A stretch of 64,000 nucleotides of DNA from Candidatus Bathyarchaeota archaeon. Lineage in GTDB: Archaea; Thermoproteota; Bathyarchaeia; TCS64. The notes below the pieces were generated by a model that searched no databases, was not told the DNA's origin, and was given only the letters and a program-made list of their open reading frames with translations. This document shows, piece after piece, positions 28,028-37,819 of this stretch (its first letter is position 1; every line of letters starts with the position of its first letter). A program made the position numbers and the translations under genes. The stretch spans positions 736,001-800,000 of the forward strand of contig CAVYLP010000006.1 in NCBI GenBank assembly GCA_963769425.1, given 5' to 3'.

Positions 28028-29483
28028 CCTAGACTGGCACCTTCTACTCGGGATGATAAAGGAGGAGTGGAGGCTACATAGGTCGTTATCAGGATGGCTC
28101 GGTTCCACCTTCTTTCCTCTGATGATCTTCTCAATGACTGTCCTATGCGCACTGACTGCTCCGTTTGTTCTCCAGAACCTCCCCCGCTCAACCCTCATCC
28201 TATTGCTCCACGTAGCCGCTCTCCTCTACGGCTTCTTTGTGGGGGGATTCGGCTCCATTGGGGAGCATGTGATGACTCGGCGTCTGGGACAGGTTAACAT
28301 GCTCCTCCAACTACCGCAGACCTATCCAATCACATTCCGGAGAGTGATGGCAGTCTTCTACGTCAAGGACTCCCTATTCTACCTAATTTACACGTTCATC
28401 CCGATGGTTCTTGGAATAGGTGTCGTAGGGTCATTCTCTGGATTCTCCCTCCTCGGAGTCCTTCGAATCGGGGCGACTACTTTTCTCACCTTCATGCTCG
28501 GGATGGGTCTTAGCTTCGTCGTCTCTGCTGTTTCCGTAAGATCAAAGTTGTTGGGAGCGATTGTTTCCCTCGGGCTGCTCATAATCGTCGCCTTGGTCTG
28601 GCCCCTAGGTCTCCTTCAACCATACCAGGTGTTGCTACCACTCGGATACTGGATAGATAGGTCGTTAATCTGGCCATTCGCATCTGTGATCGTTGCTGTT
28701 GTACTTGCTGCGATAGGCGCCCTGTTGATGAAGGAGCGCTTCGAGGTTCATCAGAGGAGATACGTGGACTCGTTCCTTAGCTTGGAGCGTCGTTTCAATG
28801 CTTTTGGGGAGCTAAAATTCCTAATTGTAAAGGAGTGGCTCGAGGTAAATAGGAGTAGCAGCCTCACTCCGGTAGTTGGAGGCTACACGATTCACCTCGT
28901 CGCCGTATATTTCATCAGCTGGATATTCGAGAACGGCTTCGGCATCCCCCTGGGATTCAACGTCGTCTTCTTCAGCACTTTAGTCGGCTTCATGGGGGTA
29001 TTGACATACAGCTTCCTGACTAGCATCGAGCACAATGAGTTCCTGAACGTGCTTCCGGTAAGTGTCGACCAACTTGTTAGAGCAAAACTCGTAGTCTACT
29101 TCTTACTAACCTCTGGTGTGACCGTTGTCTACGTGGTGCTAATTGGGTTCCTGAAAGGTGAGATGATCCTCGTCCCTCAGAGTCTACTCGTCGCCGCTTG
29201 CAACTCCGTCTTCGTCGTCGCCGTGACGGCCTACCTTACTGGGCTCTGGACCAACACGATGTTCTTCGGGGCAAAGACGATACTAGCATTCACGCTGATG
29301 ATTATGCCACTACTCACAGTAATCGAAGTGGGTGCCCTCATCCTCCCGTACCTAGTCACGTTCGCCACACTGCTGATAACCATAGCCTCAGTCATCGAAT
29401 TGCTCGCCTCGGCTTTCCTCTTCAACCGACTAAAAAGGAAATGGGGAGCCGCCTCATTCTCCTATGTATCAACAGGCATATGA
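28017..29483 (+). CDS. Multi-pass membrane protein, probable ABC permease
   Basis: About 12 TM segments, KEEWR/KEW internal duplication, overlaps the ATPase stop. Confidence 0.8.
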   Translation: MSLDLDWHLLLGMIKEEWRLHRSLSGWLGSTFFPLMIFSMTVLCALTAPFVLQNLPRSTLILLLHVAALLYGFFVGGFGSIGEHVMTRRLGQVNMLLQLPQTYPITFRRVMAVFYVKDSLFYLIYTFIPMVLGIGVVGSFSGFSLLGVLRIGATTFLTFMLGMGLSFVVSAVSVRSKLLGAIVSLGLLIIVALVWPLGLLQPYQVLLPLGYWIDRSLIWPFASVIVAVVLAAIGALLMKERFEVHQRRYVDSFLSLERRFNAFGELKFLIVKEWLEVNRSSSLTPVVGGYTIHLVAVYFISWIFENGFGIPLGFNVVFFSTLVGFMGVLTYSFLTSIEHNEFLNVLPVSVDQLVRAKLVVYFLLTSGVTVVYVVLIGFLKGEMILVPQSLLVAACNSVFVVAVTAYLTGLWTNTMFFGAKTILAFTLMIMPLLTVIEVGALILPYLVTFATLLITIASVIELLASAFLFNRLKRKWGAASFSYVSTGI

Positions 29484-29501
29484 CTAAGAATTTTTAAAGA
29501 G

Positions 29502-29609
29502 TTATTTCTTCCTTCCTGCGTCCTTCGGAAATCCCCTCTTCTGTATCCTCTTCTCCATGTATTTCTTCGGCTTCTTCACTTTCTTTCTCTCAACTGTGGC
29601 GACGGCCAT
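29502..29609 (-). CDS. 35-aa highly basic peptide MAVATVERKKVKKPKKYMEKRIQKRGFPKDAGRKK
   Basis: Manual translation from ATG 29609 to TAA 29502; AAG-rich codon usage like neighbouring genes; fills an intergenic gap. Confidence 0.6.
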   Translation of the reverse strand: MAVATVERKKVKKPKKYMEKRIQKRGFPKDAGRKK

Positions 29610-29739
29610 TCTAGTTCAATGATCTAAGGTCACCGACGGTAAAAAACTACCTAGCCCCTCCTCACCAAAAAACCCCAATTGTATTCGGATTGGGCACTCT
29701 GGGAAAATATGCTGTTCTTCCAGTTTTCTGATCCGTTTT

Positions 29740-30294
29740 TTAGCAGCAGTCCTCGTCTTCGATGAGGGGAAGCATAGGGTTCGGAACGAACTCGAATACG
29801 CTTCCCAACTTCAGTGGTATGTTGAGGCTCTTCGTCTCCACTAGTATGTTCATGTGGTTAGGCATATGGTTGTAGTCGAATCCCGCAAGATTACCAATTG
29901 GCTCCCCGTTGACCCTGACTTCGTCACCGTTCACAATATTGCCGCCTTGAGTAATCTCTATGAAGGCAACAGCCGCCGCATCGTCTTTCCCCTCCTCCAG
30001 AGGGTTCCAGAGCATTATCTCATGAATATCTCCTCTGGGGACGGCGCGGCTCCAAGACTCGACGAGATCGATTCCTGAGCTGCTAAACGTCACGTCGATG
30101 ACGGTCACCACTTCGCCCTTTACAGGTCTCCTGTCACGATAAATTCTGGGTGCCTTTACGATTTGTAGGGCCTTCCTTTCCTTTGTTCCTGTATCGTTTT
30201 TATCGGCCATGCATCCGCATTGAGTTTCACCGGTCGCGCTTGGGGTACAGGCGCAGGGTTTTTCCTCATTCTCCACCTTCATATGTATCGACAT
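29740..30294 (-). CDS. Uncharacterised protein (DUF6917-like, tentative) with Cys-rich N-terminus and C-terminal CC
   Basis: DIHEI and AGFDYNHMPNHMNI core; CAC...CGC at the N-terminus; ends DCC. Confidence 0.7.
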   Translation of the reverse strand: MSIHMKVENEEKPCACTPSATGETQCGCMADKNDTGTKERKALQIVKAPRIYRDRRPVKGEVVTVIDVTFSSSGIDLVESWSRAVPRGDIHEIMLWNPLEEGKDDAAAVAFIEITQGGNIVNGDEVRVNGEPIGNLAGFDYNHMPNHMNILVETKSLNIPLKLGSVFEFVPNPMLPLIEDEDCC

Positions 30295-30690
30295 AATTGA
30301 ATATGTGAGTGTATAAAAGGTTTGCTCTTCACATCCATATATATGAATACGTTTATATATTGCCCGGGATACGTCTCTACAAAGGAGGGAAATAAGTCGA
30401 AGTTTAACGAGAAGCCCAAGAAGCTAGAGTACAAGGCGAAGATGTTCCACTACAGCAACACTGTGCCGCATACTCGATACTTGTGCTCTGAGCAAAGCCC
30501 AGAAATCCCGCAGATGAAACTCTGCTAGGATTATGTAATGTTTGGGGAAGGGTTTTTTCACTGCCCAGATGATCGTTTTTCAAAATAAATCATATCTATT
30601 CAGCCGGTAATCTATCCTTTCTTGATTTCAGTGAATTTCTCTTCACTTACCGGGTTATAACCGGCATATCCTTTCCTAGATTGATGGAAA

Positions 30691-31170
30691 ATGGCTGAAG
30701 AACAGCAAGAGAGCCTCGAGGAGAGGGTGTTCAAGTCACTCAGCAACGAGAAGCGAAGGGAAATGATTCGATACCTCGGGGAGAAGGACGTTGCGAGGTT
30801 CAACGATATCAAGAGAAACCTCGGCTTCGAGGATGGTGCCTCCCTCACATACCACCTTGGTTCCCTAAACCCCTTAACGACACAGAGCGAGGATGGCTAC
30901 CGACTTTCACTGGCAGGGCGTGACGCGTACGCGTTGATGAGGAAGATATCGTCCGTCTCAGAGTCTGCCATTGCCCTCGTATCAGCTAGGAGGGAAATAA
31001 CAGCAATGATTGTTACGAACGCGATCCTTTGGGCCGCCGCGATATTCAGCGTCCGCCTCAATGAGGGTATCCTGCAGGGCACGACTCTCTACAGCTTCTC
31101 TGCTCTATGGTTTGTGAGCAACATTGCTCTCTACTCAATCGCGAAGCGAATAGGATACAGAACCAAGTGA
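30691..31170 (+). CDS. Winged-helix (ArsR-like) protein with two C-terminal TM helices
   Basis: VFKSLSNEKRREMI and LTYHL; hydrophobic C-terminus. Confidence 0.75.
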   Translation: MAEEQQESLEERVFKSLSNEKRREMIRYLGEKDVARFNDIKRNLGFEDGASLTYHLGSLNPLTTQSEDGYRLSLAGRDAYALMRKISSVSESAIALVSARREITAMIVTNAILWAAAIFSVRLNEGILQGTTLYSFSALWFVSNIALYSIAKRIGYRTK

Positions 31171-31206
31171 AAACATATTTAAATTCGTTTAAGATCTGTT
31201 TATTCG

Positions 31207-31584
31207 ATGTCTAAGAACGCTGAGTCCCTTGAGAGGCTCGTCTCCTCCGGTAAGTGCAACTGCGTCAACGTGAAGGAGTACACCGCCCAGCTAAGAAGAC
31301 TAGCCGAGGGAGATGCAAACCCCATCGACGCTAAAAAGAGGGGCAAGTTCTACAAGGCACTCGGTGACGAGACCCGACAGCGCATGTTAAGCCTCCTCAA
31401 GTCACGCGAGATGTGCGTCTGCGAACTCATCACTGCGTTGTCAATGACCCAACCGACGACCAGCCACCACCTCAGAATCTTGGAGGAGGCTGACCTAGTC
31501 AAGAGCAGGAAGGAGGGGAAGTGGGTCTTCTACAGCCTCACTAACCCAACGCTTGTGGCGCAATTACTAGGTGTCAAGATCTAG
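31207..31584 (+). CDS. ArsR/SmtB family metalloregulator
   Basis: KALGDETR, EMCVCEL, SHHLRIL and EGKWVFYSL; extra N-terminal CNC. Confidence 0.92.
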   Translation: MSKNAESLERLVSSGKCNCVNVKEYTAQLRRLAEGDANPIDAKKRGKFYKALGDETRQRMLSLLKSREMCVCELITALSMTQPTTSHHLRILEEADLVKSRKEGKWVFYSLTNPTLVAQLLGVKI

Positions 31585-31668
31585 AATCAAGCGTTTCCCC
31601 GATTGCTTCTCCCCCTACTGTTCCACGATAGTGAAACCTTCATCTTCTGCGACTCCGGGTCGCTACTT

Positions 31669-32331
31669 ATGACAGGGAAGGGCAGGGTAAAGGTCGTCAA
31701 GGATGGCCCCTACCAAGTGACTGGCGGACTCCCACTGACGAAGATGGTCATCGAAGCCGACGCTGAGGGTTACTCTCTCAGCTGGCGGAAGACAGAGACT
31801 TACCCCATGAAGGAGAACTACATCCTCTGCCGATGTGGCAAGTCCAAGAATAAACCCTACTGCGACGGCTCCCACATCAAGAGTCACTTCAAGGGCACAG
31901 AGACCGCTGACCATACCCCCTACATAAAGGGGGCGAGGGTCTATGACGGCCCTGAGTTAAAACTAACGGACAAACGGGAGCTATGCGTAGGTGCGGGGTT
32001 CTGCACCCGCGCCGGAAACATCTGGAACCTCACCACCAATAGCGACAACCCCGAGTACAAGGAGACGGCGATACAGGAAGCAGCGGACTGCCCATCGGGG
32101 CGTCTCGTCGAGTGGGATAAGAAGGGAAACGCCCTAGAGCCAGACCTAAAGCCTAGCATAGCCGTGACTGAAGATCAGGACGGCGTCGCCGGACCCCTCT
32201 GGGTGATGGGCGGTGTCGACATAGAGGCCTCCGATGGCCACGTCTACGAGAAGAGGAACCGTGTTACCCTCTGCCGATGCGGTAAATCGGAGGCCCGCCC
32301 CCTCTGCGACGGTTCCCACCTCGGGGAATAA
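31669..32331 (+). CDS. CDGSH iron-sulfur protein (two CDGSH domains plus a central Fe-S domain)
   Basis: CRCGKSKNKPYCDGSH, CVGAGFC...CPSG and CRCGKSEARPLCDGSH. Confidence 0.9.
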   Translation: MTGKGRVKVVKDGPYQVTGGLPLTKMVIEADAEGYSLSWRKTETYPMKENYILCRCGKSKNKPYCDGSHIKSHFKGTETADHTPYIKGARVYDGPELKLTDKRELCVGAGFCTRAGNIWNLTTNSDNPEYKETAIQEAADCPSGRLVEWDKKGNALEPDLKPSIAVTEDQDGVAGPLWVMGGVDIEASDGHVYEKRNRVTLCRCGKSEARPLCDGSHLGE

Positions 32332-32377
32332 GGTCGCAGGTATCAAGTAGCCCTACCACCCATTCACCCTGATACAA

Positions 32378-33220
32378 ATGATAAAGCAGGGCCTTGAGTA
32401 CGAGGTCGTGGAGGGCTGGGGGAAGCTCCCCTCGGGCTGGGTCTACACGCAGGTCGCCGGCGTCGCCGTCGACTCCAGAGACAGGGTCCTAATCCTTTGC
32501 CGCGGCGAGCACCCGATCATCGTCTTCAGCAGAGAGGGCGAATTCATCGAGAGTTGGGGGGAAGGCATCTTCGCAAACGCCCACGGCGCCTACGTGGACG
32601 CGGAGGACAACTTCTACTGCGTAGACAACGGCGACCACACCGTACGGAAGTTCGCCAAGGATGGTGAACTCCTCTTCACACTCGGAACCGAGGACAAGCC
32701 CGCACCCCCAGGGAAGCCATTCAACAAGCCCACCGACCTCGCCCAGGCCCCAAACGGCGACCTCTACGTAAGCGACGGCTACGGCAATAGCAGCGTCCAC
32801 CGATTCACAGCAGACGGGGAGCTCATCCAGAGCTGGGGGGAGTCTGGAACAGGCCCGGGTCAGTTTAACCTCCCACACGGCGTTTGGGTCGACGGCAAGA
32901 ATGTCTACGTGGCCGACCGCCAGAACAACCGCGTCCAGATATTCACCACCGAGGGGAAGTACATCAAGGAGTGGGGCAACCTCCTCCGCCCCTGCGACAT
33001 CTACTTCGACAAGAGGGGGCGCGTCTACGTGGCGGAGCTCACACACAGGGTGAGCATCCTAAACAAGAGGGGGGAGGTACTCGCTCGCCTCGGAGGGGAG
33101 AGGAGCTTCGCCCCCGGTCAGTTCGTCGCTCCCCACTGCCTCTGGAAGGACAGCCACGGCGCCCTCTACGTCGGCGAGGTCCTCGAGGGGCAACGCATAC
33201 AGAAATTCGTACCCGCCTGA
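32378..33220 (+). CDS. NHL-repeat protein (peptidyl-alpha-hydroxyglycine lyase-like)
   Basis: FNKPTD, SDGYGN, FNLPHG and ADRQNNRVQIF repeats. Confidence 0.85.
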   Translation: MIKQGLEYEVVEGWGKLPSGWVYTQVAGVAVDSRDRVLILCRGEHPIIVFSREGEFIESWGEGIFANAHGAYVDAEDNFYCVDNGDHTVRKFAKDGELLFTLGTEDKPAPPGKPFNKPTDLAQAPNGDLYVSDGYGNSSVHRFTADGELIQSWGESGTGPGQFNLPHGVWVDGKNVYVADRQNNRVQIFTTEGKYIKEWGNLLRPCDIYFDKRGRVYVAELTHRVSILNKRGEVLARLGGERSFAPGQFVAPHCLWKDSHGALYVGEVLEGQRIQKFVPA

Positions 33221-33271
33221 CCCGTCAATAGCCGGTACAACCCTTATTCCGGCTCTTCCCAACCTAGAACC

Positions 33272-33607
33272 ATGCAAAACATAGGTGCATGCGGACTAAA
33301 CTGCGGCAACTGCGATGCCTACAAGGCGACGCAGGCGAACGACGTAAAGAAACTCTCAGAGCTCGCGGCGAGCTGGAGCAGCGAGAAGAACAAGTGGAAG
33401 CCGGGGGATATGAAGTGCGACGGCTGCACGAGCAGCCGCGTCTTCAAGGGGTGCATAGTGTGCCCCGTGAGGACCTGCGCCCAGGGGAAGGGCGTCAGCA
33501 TATGCAGCAGATGTGGTGAGTATCCCTGCGACAAGCTCGAAGCGCAGTGGAAGAGCCTCCACGGGGACATAGAGGCGTGGAAGGCGAACCTAGAAAAGGC
33601 GAAGTAG
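33272..33607 (+). CDS. Cys-rich DUF3795-like protein
   Basis: CGLNCGNC, CDGC, CxxCxVRxCA and CxxCxEYPC. Confidence 0.8.
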   Translation: MQNIGACGLNCGNCDAYKATQANDVKKLSELAASWSSEKNKWKPGDMKCDGCTSSRVFKGCIVCPVRTCAQGKGVSICSRCGEYPCDKLEAQWKSLHGDIEAWKANLEKAK

Positions 33608-33619
33608 TCCCTCACCAAA

Positions 33620-34318
33620 GTGGTGTACATGCCCGCCTTCGAGGTCCAGCTTAAGACCCACATAGGGAACCCAATTGACAGGATTACGGAGAGGTACCCC
33701 TCCCTCCGCATATGGACGTGGTGCAACTTCATACAGGACGTCCACGAGCTGGAGTCGGAGGACCCCGAGGTGCTCCGCGCCGCCCTCGAGGAGTTCAAGG
33801 GCGTCTACAAGATACTGGACGAGACAGAGGTCTCCACAAACGCGAGGATGATCACCCAGAACTGCATCTGCAGCAGGGAGACCACCGTCCACGACAACAT
33901 ACAGGAGCTTGAGATACTCAACCTGATGCCCATCTACTGCGAGGGGGGCTACGAGCACAGCCGCCTCATAGCCTTCCGCCACGAGGCCCTCGCGGAGTTG
34001 TTCGACAGGCTGAGTGGGCACGGCTTCAGCTTCGAGGTGGAGGAGAAGGCACCTTTCAACGGCATGGTCTCTGACACCCTCATAACCCTCAGCTCCCTGA
34101 TGGCAAAGCTCACTGACAAGCAGGTGGATGCCATATCCGCCGCCTACAACAGCGGGTACTACCAGACCCCACGGAGGGTCAACGTCCAGAGCATAGCCGA
34201 CAGGGTGAAGGTCCCCCGTACGACTCTTCAGGAGCACCTGAACAAGGCGGAGAACAAGCTCATCAGCTCCATAATCCCCCAGATACAGCTCTACGCCCGG
34301 AAGAACCGGGCCAAGTGA
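33620..34318 (+). CDS. Bacterio-opsin-activator-type HTH regulator
   Basis: LTDKQ...AYNSGYYQTPR...TLQEHLNKAENKL. Confidence 0.85.
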   Translation: MVYMPAFEVQLKTHIGNPIDRITERYPSLRIWTWCNFIQDVHELESEDPEVLRAALEEFKGVYKILDETEVSTNARMITQNCICSRETTVHDNIQELEILNLMPIYCEGGYEHSRLIAFRHEALAELFDRLSGHGFSFEVEEKAPFNGMVSDTLITLSSLMAKLTDKQVDAISAAYNSGYYQTPRRVNVQSIADRVKVPRTTLQEHLNKAENKLISSIIPQIQLYARKNRAK

Positions 34319-34369
34319 TCCACACTCCCGCCGTAAAGCTGATTCGAGGGTTCGACGATTATCTGTGGC

Positions 34370-35077
34370 GTGAGCGCCAACAGTCTCCCACTCTACGCGG
34401 ACGACAGTCACCTGACCGAGTTCGACGCAACCGTCGTGAGGGCCGGCCCAAAATTCGTCGTCCTCGACAGGACCGCCTTCTACCCCGACTCGGGTGGACA
34501 ACCCAGCGACATCGGCATTCTCAGGCATGCCGGTGGCGTGGTCCACGTCTCGAAGGCCATGAAGAGGGGGGTGGAGATATTCCACTACCTCGACGCAGAT
34601 ATCCCCGTTGGTACGGAGGTCCACGGCGTCATCGACTGGCCAACCCGAAACTGGAACATGAGGCGCCACTCCGCCGAGCACCTCGTCACCGGACTCATCG
34701 AGGCACTAGGAGAGCCCCCGAAGGTCTTCAGTGACCTAGAGAAGCTCGAGTACCAGCCATCGAGCCTTACCGTCGAGCAGATCGAGGGCGTTCACCGCCG
34801 CTTCGACGAGATAGTGGACGAGAACGCACCCGTCCGAGTCTACTACGAGGACAGGGCAAAGATAGACGCTTCGGGCGACCCCCGAAAGATCAGCTTCCTC
34901 CAGAAGATCCCTCGAAGCGTAAACCGCTTACGAATCGTCGACATAGGCCCCTACGCCTCAACGTTCTGCTTCGGCACACATGTGAAGAGCACCGCTGAGA
35001 TCGGGCACCTCTCGGAGCTGCGCCTTGAGGACGCGAAGAAGGGGAAGAAGATAGTACACTTCAGGCTGGAGCCTTAG
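34370..35077 (+). CDS. alaX: AlaX-type free-standing alanyl-tRNA editing protein
   Basis: LDRTAFYPDSGGQPSD, HSAEH and CFGTH. Confidence 0.85.
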   Translation: MSANSLPLYADDSHLTEFDATVVRAGPKFVVLDRTAFYPDSGGQPSDIGILRHAGGVVHVSKAMKRGVEIFHYLDADIPVGTEVHGVIDWPTRNWNMRRHSAEHLVTGLIEALGEPPKVFSDLEKLEYQPSSLTVEQIEGVHRRFDEIVDENAPVRVYYEDRAKIDASGDPRKISFLQKIPRSVNRLRIVDIGPYASTFCFGTHVKSTAEIGHLSELRLEDAKKGKKIVHFRLEP

Positions 35078-35182
35078 CGGAAGGTCTGTTATGTCTGGTC
35101 CATCTCAGCCTTCTGTACCTGTTCTGCTGTTAACAATTTAAATTCTTAACCTTCATCCATTGATACTAGTTCGTGGTACCCC

Positions 35183-36164
35183 ATGGACCCTGTTGGATGG
35201 CTCCTTGAGCCTAGTGACCCAAGCGTGAGGTTTTGGGCACTGCAAGACATCGATGGAAAGAGGCGTGACGATCCCGTAGTGCTGGAGGCGCAGGAGCGCG
35301 TCATGAGTTCACCGCTAGTCGAGGCTATCCTCTCAGCACAGCAGCCTGGAGGCTGGTGGGTTGGGGAGAGGGACATGTACCTGCCCAAGTACACCGCGAC
35401 GACCCACTCCCTACTCATCCTCGCCGAGCTGGGCGCGAAAAGGAGCCCCCGAGATTGAGAGGGGCATCGAGCAGGTCTTCCGCTTCCAGCGCGACTCGGG
35501 ACACTTCCTCCCCGACCTCCCCGCAACCGCGAAGGGCAGGGCAAGCACAATGAAGGACGGCTGCTGCTTCGACGGCAACATCCTCTACTACCTCATCCAC
35601 TTCGGCTACCTCGACGACCCGCGAACACAGCGCCTTATAGACTTCAACATCGGGTACCACGACGGCGAGAACGCGGGTTGGAGGTGCCGAAGCTACCCAA
35701 TCAACCCCGCCACCGTCTTCCCAAAGAACTGCTACATGGGCGCGGCGAAGATGCTACGAGCCCTCTCCACCATCCCGCAGCCGAAGAGGAGCCAAGAGAT
35801 ACAGGCTATCATCGATCGTGAGGTGGAGAACATCCTCGAGAACGGCGTATATCGGTACCTTCGCAATCCGGATGGAACCCGAAAGGACAAGGCGGGCTGG
35901 AAGCGCTTCGGCTTCCCCCTCTTCTACCAGTCCGACGACCTCGAGCTCCTCGACACCCTCACGCGCCTCGGCGTCCACGACGACCGGATGCAGCCCGCTG
36001 TCGACCTCGTGCTCAGCGCGCGGCAACCCGACGGCACGTGGCTGCTTGAGAACACCTACAATGGGAAGATGTGGGTCGATATCGAGGAGAAGGGGAAGCC
36101 CTCGAAGTGGGTCACCCTCAGGGCCCTGAGGACGCTCAGGCGCCTCGGTCTAAGTTCCTCGTAA
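35183..36164 (+). pseudogene. Prenyltransferase/terpene-cyclase-like QW-repeat protein split by a +1 frameshift near 35450 (possible assembly error)
   Basis: QQPGGWW and QPDGTW; removing one C from AGCCCCCGAG joins ORFs 35183..35458 and 35361..36164. Confidence 0.75.
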
Positions 36165-36297
36165 TAAGCCAATATTTGATCCCAAAGCAGGAAGATCCTG
36201 ATCATCGACGGCTAACACCCCCACCCGGGCCAATCTATTTAGTTTATATTCAATACCCTTTTAGGGTCGAGTTATTCCATTTTCCTAGGGAAGTAAA

Positions 36298-36855
36298 ATG
36301 GACATACTCACGATAGGGATAATCGGGGCGATTGTAGTCATCGTCCTGATACTCGTAGGACTCTACTTCTCGTACTACAACAGGATCAGGCAGTACGAGA
36401 ACCAGATCGATGAGGCCTGGAGCCAGATCGACGTCCAGCTGAAGAAGCGCTACGATCTGGTCCCGAACCTCGTTGAGACAGTCAAGGGATACGCCGCTCA
36501 CGAGAAGGAGATCTTCGAGAAGGTCGCCCAGGCTCGCGCCGGCATGATACAGGGCACGCCCCAGGAGAGGATGGACGCCAGCAACATGCTGACCTCCACG
36601 CTCCGCCAGCTATTCGCCGTCGCCGAGGCCTACCCGCAGCTCAAGGCAAACGAGAACTTCAAGCTCCTCCAGGAGCAGCTACAGGGCATCGAGGACAAGA
36701 TCGCCTACGCACGCCAGTTCTACAACACCAGCGTGCTGAACTTCAACAACCTCATCACGACGATCCCCGGCGCATGGTTCGCCGGCGGCCGCAGCAAGCA
36801 CGAGTTCCTCAACATCCCTGAGGGCGAGAGGCAGGTACCGAAGGTACAGTTCTGA
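36298..36855 (+). CDS. lemA: LemA family protein
   Basis: WSQIDVQLKKRYDLVPNLVETVKGY and AVAEAYPQLKANENF. Confidence 0.95.
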   Translation: MDILTIGIIGAIVVIVLILVGLYFSYYNRIRQYENQIDEAWSQIDVQLKKRYDLVPNLVETVKGYAAHEKEIFEKVAQARAGMIQGTPQERMDASNMLTSTLRQLFAVAEAYPQLKANENFKLLQEQLQGIEDKIAYARQFYNTSVLNFNNLITTIPGAWFAGGRSKHEFLNIPEGERQVPKVQF

Positions 36856-37767
36856 TGGCCCGGCGAACCTTCTACGACGAGCAGAGGAGGAACAGCAGGG
36901 CCAGCCTCCTACTAGTGATAGTGGTGTCGCTGTTCCTCTTCGGCCTCATCTACTCCTTCGCCTACATATTCGCGCCCGAGGCGCTGATACTCGTCATACC
37001 CTTCAGCCTCATACTCATAGTCATCTACACTTGGAGCAGCTACGAGTATGGGGACCGGGTAGTCCTCGCATCAACACATGCTCGGCCCGCGGAGGGCAAC
37101 GAGTATGTTTACCTTAACAATGTGGCGGAGGGTCTAGCGATTGCTGCTGGGATTCCCCCACCCAAAGTCTACGTCATGGACGACCCTGACATCAACGCAT
37201 ACGCGACTGGGAAGGACCCACAGCACGCGAGCATCGCCGTGACGACGGGTGCCCTGCAGAGTCTAAACAGGGAGGAGCTCGAGGGCGTGGTCGGCCACGA
37301 GATGAGCCACATCAGGAACCGTGACGTGGAGTTCATGACCCTGGTCGCGGTCCTTGTCGGCCTCGTCTCGATTCTCAGCCACATCATCCTCCAGTGGGCC
37401 TGGCTTGGCGCCGGTACGCGTCGGCGTGGCCGCGACAGGAATGGTGGGTCGGGCATCGAGATCGTCGTATTAGTTTTAGGTCTCGTCCTTGCAATCCTCG
37501 CGCCCATCGCCGTGGCCCTAATCCAGCTCGCGATAAGCCGGAGGAGAGAGTTCATGGCAGATGCGAGTGGAGCTGAGCTAACACGATACCCCGAGGGCCT
37601 TGCGTCAGCGCTCGAGAAGATTAAGAACGGTAACCAGGGCAAGATGAAGGTAGACGAGGCGGTCAGCCCCCTGTTCATAAGCGACCCAAACAAGAGCGGA
37701 CTCGACAACCTCTTCGCCACCCACCCGCCACTCGACGGAGCGAATAAAGCGGCTGCGCGAGATGTAG
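36855..37767 (+). CDS. htpX: Zinc metalloprotease HtpX (M48); +1 frameshift near 37736 alters the last codons
   Basis: NAYATG, HEMSH, SRRREFMAD and THPP; removing one G gives HPPLDERIKRLREM-stop at 37767. Confidence 0.88.
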
Positions 37768-37819
37768 CCCTCGCAGCTTTTTTACACCCCCAAGCCCATC
37801 CTTGACCAAGTGTTCTGAG

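Noticed and set aside
30322-30528. 68-aa ORF between the Cys-tailed gene and the wHTH gene
   Set aside because: Starts within an AT-rich promoter region and has no recognisable family or convincing start.
33590-34681. Long antisense or alternate-frame ORFs (also e.g. 38702..39466, 41238..41948, 54598..55212)
   Set aside because: Shadows of well-supported genes in high-GC3 sequence, with no recognisable motifs.
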